DNA of 64,000 nucleotides from Candidatus Binatia bacterium (GTDB lineage Bacteria; Eisenbacteria; RBG-16-71-46; SZUA-252): NCBI GenBank assembly GCA_035631035.1, contig DASQJL010000096.1, positions 1,234 to 65,233 of the forward strand, read 5' to 3'. Shown piece by piece: positions 9,067 to 16,263 of this stretch (position 1 is its first letter; each line of letters starts with the position of its first letter). The notes under the pieces were generated by a model. It saw only the letters and a program-made list of their open reading frames with translations, ran no database searches and was not told where the DNA came from. The position numbers and the translations under genes were made by a program.

Positions 9067-9747
9067 ATGCCAATTCTCCCCCGCCGGACCGCCGCCGCGG
9101 CGCTCCTCCTGGTCCTCGGCTCGGCCTCTCTCGGGCGCGCGGCCACCATCGAGGGCGCCGTGACCCTGACGCCGGCCGATCTCTCCTTCCGCGGCGGGAT
9201 GAAGCCGGGCGCCTACATCGGGCAGCTCAGCGGAAGCATGGCGCGGATGGGAACGTCCGATCCGTCCGATACGACCTACGGCGTCGCCTATCTCGCCGAC
9301 CTCGCCGACACCGCCGGGATCTCGACGAGCCCGGCGCTCCTCGACCAGAAGGGGCAGCGGTTCATCCCGCGGATCCTCGCGGTCGTGGCGGGGCAGGCGG
9401 TGGATTTCCGGAACAGCGACAACATCTTCCACAACGTGTTCTCCTATTCGCCTCCCAAGAAGTTCGACCTTGGCCGTTATCCGCGCGGAAGGTCGAAGCG
9501 GCTGACGTTCCAGAAGCCGGGGCTGGTGCAGGTCTACTGCGACATCCACTCCGACATGCGCGCCGACATCGTCGTCGCGCCCAGCCGCCGGTTCGGCTAC
9601 GTGGACGCCCTGGGGCGGTTCCGCATCGAGGATGTTCCGGAAGGGAAGCACACCGTCGTCGTCTGGCTGCCCCGGCGCGGCGAGCGGAGCAGCGACGTCG
9701 ACGTGCCCGCGAACGGGACCGCCGCCCTGGCGATCGGGGCCGAGTGA
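9067..9747 (+). CDS. Secreted cupredoxin-like protein (MauL/plastocyanin-like ligands) with C-terminal carboxypeptidase-regulatory-like beta domain
   Basis: ATG at 9067 is in frame within the 721-aa track ORF. Signal peptide LLLVLGSASLGRAA. Putative Cu ligands FHNVFS ... YCDIHSDM. Tail RFRIEDVPEGKHTVVVW. Confidence 0.7.
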   Translation: MPILPRRTAAAALLLVLGSASLGRAATIEGAVTLTPADLSFRGGMKPGAYIGQLSGSMARMGTSDPSDTTYGVAYLADLADTAGISTSPALLDQKGQRFIPRILAVVAGQAVDFRNSDNIFHNVFSYSPPKKFDLGRYPRGRSKRLTFQKPGLVQVYCDIHSDMRADIVVAPSRRFGYVDALGRFRIEDVPEGKHTVVVWLPRRGERSSDVDVPANGTAALAIGAE

Positions 9748-11612
9748 GCGGAGGCGTTGCCGGAATGAACGTCGACGCCCCGGGCGTGACACCGCGACCG
9801 CGGATCTCGCTGCTCCTCAAGATCACCGTCCTCACCTCCCTTCCGATTCTCGGCATCATGATGGCCGCGCTCCTCCTCGTGAACCATCGCCTGGCGGGAG
9901 AGGTGAACCGGAACGTGGCCGCCGACCTCCAGCGCGCCGCGCTCGCCTTCGAGAACCAGATGGAGCGGGAGGGGGAGAACCTCGAGCGCGTCGGCGTGGT
10001 CGTGGCGCGCGATCCCAAGTTCTTCGCGCTCCTCACGCTTCCGCGCGGAGACCGGAAGGACGCCGACTTCCAGGCCACGCTGCTCGGCGTGGCGCGGGAC
10101 TTCCAGCACGACGCCGAGGCGCCGCTCTTCGACGTGACCGACGAGCACGGGACACTGCTCGCGAGGGCCGGGCAGGGCGACGATGCCGCCGGCAGAGCTC
10201 CCGGCGCGGGCGCCGACCGGTCCCGATGGCCGCTGGTGCGCGAGGCGCTGGCGGGGCGCGCCGCGCGGGGATATCTGGTGGAAGGGGAGCGCGCCTACCG
10301 CGTGGCCGTGGTCCCCATCGTCGTGGATGGCGCGCTCGCTGGCACGCTGACCCTGGGGCGCACCATCGACGCCGCGCTGGCCGAGCGCCTCAAGGCGACC
10401 ACGCGCAGCGACGTGGTCTTCGTCGTGAACGGAACCGCCTCGATCCGCACGACGCTCCGGAGCTCCCTGGCCGGGCGGCTCGCCGCGCTTCCCCAGAGCC
10501 CGGGCGTGGTCCAGGTGGCCGACGGCGAGCATCGCTTCCTCGCGCTCGCCGGCCGGCTGGAAGGGCCGACCGCCGGCGGACGTGTCGGCTTCGCGCTCCT
10601 TCGGTCCCTGGACCAGGAGACCGCGGTCCTCGGACGCGTGGGCCGCGAGCTCACGATCGCGGGCGCGGCGCTCATCGTGGTCGCCCTCCTCGTCGGCATT
10701 CTCGTCTCGACCGGCGTGACGCGGCCCGTCCGGCGGATCGTCGAGGCCGCGAACGCGATGCGCGGCGGAAACTACGACCTTCCCCTCGACATCCGGTCGG
10801 CCGACGAGATGGGGACGCTGGCCGCCCATTTCGAGGCGATGCGCGCGGCGCAGCGCCACGAGATCGAGCGCCTCGAGGAGATCGACCGCATGAAGTCCGA
10901 CTTCATCGCGATCGCCTCCCACGAGATCCTGACCCCGGTCACCACGATCCGGGCGTTCGCCGACCTCATGGGCGAGGGGGCCGCCGCGAACGACACCGAG
11001 CTGCAGCGGGAAGGGTTCCGGGCGATCCGCGAGGCCGCGGGGTCGCTGACGCGGCTGGCGCGCGACCTCACGAACATGTCGCTGATCGACCGCAAGCGCC
11101 TTCCGCTCCGGCTCGCTTCCGCCGACCTGGGCCTCGTCGCCGAGGAGGTGGCGGTGCGGACCATCGCGCTCGCCGCCGAGCGGCGCCAGGCCGTCTCCCT
11201 GTCGATCGAGCCCGAGCTGCTCCATCCCCGCGTGGACGCGGACTACCTGAGGCAGGCGCTGACCAACATCGCCCAGAACGCCGTGCGCTTCACGCGCGAC
11301 GGCGGCTCGATCGAGATCGGTGCCCGCCGGAACGGCGCGGCCATCGAGATCTACGTCGCCGACTCGGGCATCGGGATCTCGAAGGACGACTTCGAGCGCA
11401 TCTTCTCGAAGATCGTGGAGCTGAAGGACGTGAACCTGCACTCCTCGGGAACGACGGAGTTCAACTCCTCGGGACTCGGCCTGGGCCTCTCCATCGCCCG
11501 CGGCATCGTGGAAGCGCACGGCGGCGAGATCCGGGTGGAAAGCGAGCTGGGGCGCGGGAGCACGTTCACGATCTCGATTCCGGCCGAGGGATCGCTGGAC
11601 CAGGCCGCATAG
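9744..11612 (+). CDS. Sensor histidine kinase (2 TM, large extracytoplasmic domain, HAMP, HisKA, HATPase_c)
   Basis: HAMP: RPVRRIVEAANAMRGGNYD. H-box: SDFIAIASHEILTPV. N, G1 and G2 boxes: NIAQNAVRFT, DSGIGI, GLGLGLSIARGIVEAHGG. GTG 9744 overlaps the upstream stop (GTGA); the alternative ATG is at 9765. Confidence 0.88.
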   Translation: MSGGVAGMNVDAPGVTPRPRISLLLKITVLTSLPILGIMMAALLLVNHRLAGEVNRNVAADLQRAALAFENQMEREGENLERVGVVVARDPKFFALLTLPRGDRKDADFQATLLGVARDFQHDAEAPLFDVTDEHGTLLARAGQGDDAAGRAPGAGADRSRWPLVREALAGRAARGYLVEGERAYRVAVVPIVVDGALAGTLTLGRTIDAALAERLKATTRSDVVFVVNGTASIRTTLRSSLAGRLAALPQSPGVVQVADGEHRFLALAGRLEGPTAGGRVGFALLRSLDQETAVLGRVGRELTIAGAALIVVALLVGILVSTGVTRPVRRIVEAANAMRGGNYDLPLDIRSADEMGTLAAHFEAMRAAQRHEIERLEEIDRMKSDFIAIASHEILTPVTTIRAFADLMGEGAAANDTELQREGFRAIREAAGSLTRLARDLTNMSLIDRKRLPLRLASADLGLVAEEVAVRTIALAAERRQAVSLSIEPELLHPRVDADYLRQALTNIAQNAVRFTRDGGSIEIGARRNGAAIEIYVADSGIGISKDDFERIFSKIVELKDVNLHSSGTTEFNSSGLGLGLSIARGIVEAHGGEIRVESELGRGSTFTISIPAEGSLDQAA

Positions 11613-11909
11613 GTCAACCGGCCAAGACAGATGTCGTAAATTCTAGACTACACGCCTAATCCGCTGCACTTCCGCAAGATAACGAATCGCTCCCCGAATC
11701 GTCAATTACAGGCGACAGATCCTGGTCCGTAGAGGTACCCGGGGATCTCGTTTTGCATGCTCGGCATGTGCCTGGCATATAGCAAGTTGTAGCCCCAATT
11801 CGACGGGGCCGTGCAAATGGCACGGCGGCTGCTCAAGCATGTCTCCGTCGAGGCACTCGCAGACCGCGAGCGACGCAAACCGAAAACCCAAACCAACATG
11901 GGGTGTGAG

Positions 11910-11981
11910 ATGGAAGCTCTCCTTCTGATCGCGTTCGTGATTTCGATGTTCGGTGACGGCGGCGGCAAGGCCGGCTGGTAA
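11910..11981 (+). CDS. Candidate 23-aa hydrophobic micropeptide, copy 1 (MEALLLIAFVISMFGDGGGKAGW)
   Basis: I read this myself in an intergenic gap. Start ATG, stop TAA. It is a paralogue of copy 2 with the same length and stop. An in-frame ATG at 11898 would add MGCE. Confidence 0.4.
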   Translation: MEALLLIAFVISMFGDGGGKAGW

Positions 11982-12044
11982 GCAGCTCGATCCCAAGCGC
12001 AGCTCCAACGCAGCGGACCCCAACCCAAGAGAGGAGGTGGAACA

Positions 12045-12116
12045 GTGGCAACTCTCCTTCTGATCGCTTTCATCGTGGCGCTCGGAAACACGGACGGAGG
12101 TAAGGCAGGTTGGTAA
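12045..12116 (+). CDS. Candidate 23-aa hydrophobic micropeptide, copy 2 (MATLLLIAFIVALGNTDGGKAGW)
   Basis: GTG start preceded by AGGAGG (12033-12038) at 6-nt spacing; stop TAA. 13/23 residues are identical to copy 1, with 5 synonymous third-base differences inside conserved codons. Confidence 0.45.
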   Translation: MATLLLIAFIVALGNTDGGKAGW

Positions 12117-12345
12117 GCGGTAGCGCCGCAACGTAGCGGCGCCGTCCGCAGGGAAGGGCGAACCCCTGTGGGCGCTTGAGCGGACCGATGGGCCATCGGA
12201 AGTAGCCCCCCTGGTGGCCCGTCGTTTCGCGTTCGGTGGCGGAATGGAATCCAGGGGGGCGGCTGGCCAGCGGCGGGGGCGTATGATACCGTGGCCGGTC
12301 GTCTCCCAGCCACCGAACACGCACCGCGAAAAAGGGGCGCCGCCG

Positions 12346-14925
12346 TTGAGCAAACGTACCGCAGCCGAAATCGGGCTGATGCTGCAATGCGATGTCCCCT
12401 CCGAAATTCCGGTGCTCCCTCTCATGAGCACCATCGTCTTTCCCCTCGGCGTCACCTCCATCCAGGTCCGGATCGAGCAGTCCAAAGCCCTCCTTCGCGA
12501 CCACTCCGACCCCGACACGCTCGTGGCCCTGGTCTACAGCCCGGCCAAGCGGGAGGAGGAGATCCGGCCGGAAGACCTGAGCCGGGTGGGACTCTCGGCC
12601 CGGGTCATTCGCATTCTCAACCTCCCCGGCGGAAACGTGCAGGTGACGCTGGAGGGATTGCGCCGGGTCGCCGTCGAGGAGTTCCTGCGCGTGGAGCCCT
12701 ACCTGGTCGCCCGAGTCACCTGCCCCGAGGAGCCGGTCCGGGACCCCGAGCAGGTGCACACCCTGATCCAGCGCATCCTGAAAGCGCTGCGGACTCTGTC
12801 TCAGGTGGACTCGGGCTACCCGGCCGAGCTGGACAACATCTTCAGCATGAACCTGGGAGACCCCGGGCTCTTCGCCGACACCGTTGCCTCGATCGTCCGC
12901 TTCCCGCTCGAGACCAAGAAGCGGGTGATCGAGGCGCTCGATGTCCAGGAGCGCCTCTCCCTGGTGGCCGAGGCGATCGACTCCGAGATCGCGCGCCTGA
13001 GCGTGGCCGAGGACGTCGTCCGGCGCACCAGCGCCCAGATGGAGAAGACCCAACGCGAGTTCTTCCTCCGCCAGCAGCTGATGGAGATCCGCCGGCTCCT
13101 GGGCGAGGACGACCCCCAGGAGATGCTGGTCCGCCAGATCCTGGACCGTTCGGACAGCCTGGCGCTCCCCTCCCACGTGCGGTCGGTGGTCCAGGAAGAG
13201 GCGAGCCGTCTCCGCCTCCTGCCTCCCACCGCGCAGGAGTCGGGAGTGATCCGGAACTACGTCGAGTGGGTCCTGTCGCTCCCCTGGACGCGCGACAAGC
13301 CGCACGACATCCGGCTGGAGGACGTGCAGCGCCGGTTGAACGAGGAGCACTTCGGCCTGGAGAAGGTGAAGGAGCGGATCCTCGAGTACTTATCCGTCCT
13401 CAAGCTGAAGAACGACATGCACGGTCCCATCCTCTGCTTCGCGGGACCCCCCGGCACCGGCAAGACCTCCCTCGGCGCCTCGATCGCGCGCGCGATGGGG
13501 CGCTCGTTCGTGCGGATGAGCGTGGGCGGCGTGCGCGATGAGGCCGAGATCCGCGGGCACCGGCGCACCTACGTCGGATCCCGCCCCGGGAAGATCCTCC
13601 GATCCCTTCGCGACGCGCGCTCCTCCAGCCCCGTGTTCATGATCGACGAGATCGACAAGCTGGGGCACGACTCCGACGGCGACCCCGCGTCGGCGCTGCT
13701 CGAGGTGCTGGACCCGGAGCAGAACCAGCACTTCGTGGACCACTTCATCGAGATCCCCTTCGACCTCTCCGATGTCCTCTTCATCACGACGGCCAACGTG
13801 CTCGACTTCATCCCCGGCGCCCTCCTCGACCGGTTGGAAGTGATCACCATCCCCGGCTACATGGAGGAGGAGAAGCTGGAGATCGCGCGGCGCCACCTGG
13901 TGCCCCGGGAATCGAAGGAGCATGGGCTGGCCGCGACCGACATCGCTTTCGACGACGCGGCGCTGATCAAGATCATCCGCGAGTACACGCGCGAGGCGGG
14001 CGTGCGGCAGCTGGAGCGCGCCATCGACACCTTCTGCCGCAAGGCGGCGCGGCAGCGCACGACCGGGTACACCGGCGACTGGCGCTTCTCGGTCGCGGAC
14101 GTCGAGCCGATCCTGGGCCCTCCCTACATCGTTCCCGACGTGGCGGAGGGGCACGCCGAGGTGGGCGTGGCCACCGGCCTCGCCTGGACGGCGACCGGTG
14201 GAGACCTGCTCCTCATCGAGGCGCTCAAGATGCGCGGCGCCGGGCGCGTCATCGTGACCGGACAGCTCGGCGACGTGATGAAAGAGTCGGTGCAGGCCGC
14301 CCACTCCTACGTTCGCGCGCGCGCGGAGCTGCTCGGGATCAACCCGCAGCTGTTCGACGACTACGATCTCCACATCCATTTCCCGGAGGGAGCGGTTCCC
14401 AAGGACGGTCCCTCGGCTGGGATCACGATCGTGATGGCGATCGCTTCGGCGCTGGCCGAGGCGCCGATCCGAAACGACGTGGCGATGACGGGAGAGGTGA
14501 CCCTCCGCGGCAAGGTGCTCGCCGTGGGCGGACTCAAGGAAAAGGTCATGGCCGCCTATCGCGCGGGGATCAAGACGGTCGTCTTCCCCGCGGACAATCA
14601 GAAGGACCTGGTCGAGATTCCCGAGTCGATCCGCTCCAAGCTCACCTTCGTCGCGGTGAGCACCGTGGACGAAGTCTTCCAGCACGCTTTCGCCGGCGTG
14701 GCCGAGCGGATCGCCCAGCTCGAGGCGCGGCGCAAGGCGCGCGAGGCGCTCAAGGCGAGGAAGGGGAAGGCGGCGAAGGAGAAGGCGGCGCGGCGGAGCA
14801 ACGGCAAGGCTCCGCGACGCGCGCGCCTCCCCAAGGCTGCGGGCGCCACGCAGGACGGCAAGCCGGCGCGCGGTAAGAACGGCCGGAACGGACCGGCGTC
14901 GCGCCCGCCTCATCGTTCCCGGTAG
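12346..14925 (+). CDS. lon: ATP-dependent Lon protease (LonA type) with a ~70-aa Lys/Arg-rich C-terminal extension
   Basis: N-domain [16 protein letters not shown]. Walker [10 protein letters not shown]. Ser-Lys dyad context PKDGPSAGI ... [14 protein letters not shown]. The start is uncertain: TTG 12346 (preceded by aaagggg) or ATG 12379. The track start at 12214 lies in the micropeptide gap and is unlikely. Confidence 0.92.
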   Translation: MSKRTAAEIGLMLQCDVPSEIPVLPLMSTIVFPLGVTSIQVRIEQSKALLRDHSDPDTLVALVYSPAKREEEIRPEDLSRVGLSARVIRILNLPGGNVQVTLEGLRRVAVEEFLRVEPYLVARVTCPEEPVRDPEQVHTLIQRILKALRTLSQVDSGYPAELDNIFSMNLGDPGLFADTVASIVRFPLETKKRVIEALDVQERLSLVAEAIDSEIARLSVAEDVVRRTSAQMEKTQREFFLRQQLMEIRRLLGEDDPQEMLVRQILDRSDSLALPSHVRSVVQEEASRLRLLPPTAQESGVIRNYVEWVLSLPWTRDKPHDIRLEDVQRRLNEEHFGLEKVKERILEYLSVLKLKNDMHGPILCFAGPPGTGKTSLGASIARAMGRSFVRMSVGGVRDEAEIRGHRRTYVGSRPGKILRSLRDARSSSPVFMIDEIDKLGHDSDGDPASALLEVLDPEQNQHFVDHFIEIPFDLSDVLFITTANVLDFIPGALLDRLEVITIPGYMEEEKLEIARRHLVPRESKEHGLAATDIAFDDAALIKIIREYTREAGVRQLERAIDTFCRKAARQRTTGYTGDWRFSVADVEPILGPPYIVPDVAEGHAEVGVATGLAWTATGGDLLLIEALKMRGAGRVIVTGQLGDVMKESVQAAHSYVRARAELLGINPQLFDDYDLHIHFPEGAVPKDGPSAGITIVMAIASALAEAPIRNDVAMTGEVTLRGKVLAVGGLKEKVMAAYRAGIKTVVFPADNQKDLVEIPESIRSKLTFVAVSTVDEVFQHAFAGVAERIAQLEARRKAREALKARKGKAAKEKAARRSNGKAPRRARLPKAAGATQDGKPARGKNGRNGPASRPPHRSR

Positions 14926-14989
14926 CTGCCCGCGTTTCACGACGGCCGCGCGCCCGCCGCGCGCCGCCGCCAGGTTCACCGGACCGACG

Positions 14990-15304
14990 TCACCGCGCGG
15001 GCGCCTCCACGGATCGCCCTCCCACCGATTCGAGCACGATCCAGGTCGAGAGGATGACGAAGGTCGCCCGGACGTCCGCGCCGGGCGCCGCCACGAAGAC
15101 CACCCACGCCTGGGCGGCCGCGAGCGCCACGAACGCCGCGGTCCGGAGCGCCGCGGCCCTTCCGTGTCTCAGGGCCGCGACGTAGATCGCGGCGCCGAGG
15201 AGAATGCCGTGGAAGGGCGCGACGCCCCAGGAGCGCGGCGCGGCGAGCGCGAGGGCCAGCCCCAGGGCCGCCGAAATCACGAGCATCGCGACACGCGGGG
15301 CCAT
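14990..15304 (-). CDS. Small integral membrane protein (about 3 TM), function unknown
   Basis: 104 aa made of Ala/Leu/Val-rich hydrophobic segments. It lies directly downstream (3-nt gap) of the lipoprotein gene. Confidence 0.5.
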   Translation of the reverse strand: MAPRVAMLVISAALGLALALAAPRSWGVAPFHGILLGAAIYVAALRHGRAAALRTAAFVALAAAQAWVVFVAAPGADVRATFVILSTWIVLESVGGRSVEAPAR

Positions 15305-15307
15305 GGG

Positions 15308-16042
15308 TCACTTGTCCCGGAGGAAGTCGGCGACGCAGGAGACGCCGCCGGCGGCCGCGCCGATGCCGCATCCGATCGCCGCGGCGTGGGGCGAGCCGGG
15401 CACCAGCTCTTCGGCGATGGTGGCGCCCGCGGCGCAGCCGGTCGGCATCCGCTGGGCGATGCAGTCGAACAGCTTGGTCCATTGCCGGCGCACCGGCGCC
15501 TGGTGCGCGCCTCCGGCAGGAAGGACCCACGCGTCGCCCGATCGCACCCAGGCGATCTGATTTCCCCACACGACGGAGTGGTATCCGATCTCGTCGGCGT
15601 TGGGCTCGCGGCCCATGATCATCTCCGCGAACTCGGCCGCCTGCTGATCGTTCCCCTCGGCCACGGAAACGAACACGGCGCGCGTCGGGTCGCCGTTCAC
15701 CGCGAAGGGAAGAATGGTGAGTCCGAGCGGCCCCATGTCCTCGACCTCGCCGACGGCGCGCACCGCGAGATCGAATCGGGGCTTGAGTCCCGCGATCGGC
15801 GCCTGGCTCAGCGCGCGCTGAACCAGGGGATTCCTCCCCGCCGCCTGCACCGCGCCGGCGAGCGCGGCGGGCTCCCAGACCCAGCGCGCGCCGCTCACCT
15901 GCGGCGCGTCGGACGGCAGATCCGGCGCCGCGATCCGCCGCTCCCCCTTGTTCGAGCACGCGCTCGTGAGGAGGAGAAGCGGAAGGACCGCGGCCACTCC
16001 CGCGACCAGTCCGCGAGAGACTTCCAGGTGAACCCTTCTCAT
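15308..16042 (-). CDS. Lipoprotein, function unknown
   Basis: Trimmed from the 922-aa track ORF to ATG 16042 (MRRVHLEV...). Lipobox LLLTSAC. The remaining composition is ordinary, with a Cys-rich C-terminus (CIAQRMPTGCAAG...GCGIGAAAGGVSC). Confidence 0.65.
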   Translation of the reverse strand: MRRVHLEVSRGLVAGVAAVLPLLLLTSACSNKGERRIAAPDLPSDAPQVSGARWVWEPAALAGAVQAAGRNPLVQRALSQAPIAGLKPRFDLAVRAVGEVEDMGPLGLTILPFAVNGDPTRAVFVSVAEGNDQQAAEFAEMIMGREPNADEIGYHSVVWGNQIAWVRSGDAWVLPAGGAHQAPVRRQWTKLFDCIAQRMPTGCAAGATIAEELVPGSPHAAAIGCGIGAAAGGVSCVADFLRDK

Positions 16043-16263
16043 ACGGCACCCCTTTCCTGTCGCGCGGCATGCGCGCGGAGTGGCGCCGAAGAGTGAAGAG
16101 GAGACGAGTGCGCGAGAGCAGAAAACGTTCCAGAGGAGGGAGGCGAACACGGACCCGCCCGGCCGGCGCGAGCGCGTGCGTCCTTGAGGTTGTGCCGGCA
16201 GTCGGCGGGAGACGCGGGACGCCGCGCGGGGCACGCGCGTCGGAGCCCTGACGGCGCCGGAGT

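Noticed and set aside
11910-12116. The micropeptides considered as streptide-like RiPP precursors (Lys-Trp crosslink, KxxW).
   Set aside because: No radical-SAM maturase, protease or exporter gene is in the neighbourhood, and the N-terminal halves look like transmembrane helices rather than leader peptides. I kept this only as a remote alternative.
12195-12275. Possible degenerate third copy of the micropeptide gene. ...cgtcgtttcgcgttcggtggcgg...ggcggctgg loosely resembles ...atttcgatgttcggtgacggcgg...ggccggctgg.
   Set aside because: The similarity is patchy, and there is no start codon, RBS or stop in register. It could be chance in GC-rich sequence. It is worth a proper alignment but is not supportable by eye.
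11702-12518. The minus-strand ORFs 11702-12313 (203 aa) and 11706-12518 (270 aa), and the 5' extension of lon from 12214, all covering the micropeptide gap.
   Set aside because: They have junk-like composition (Pro/Arg/Ser/Ala runs), no RBS or motifs, and they overlap the lon start. The paralogous + strand micro-ORFs explain the region better.
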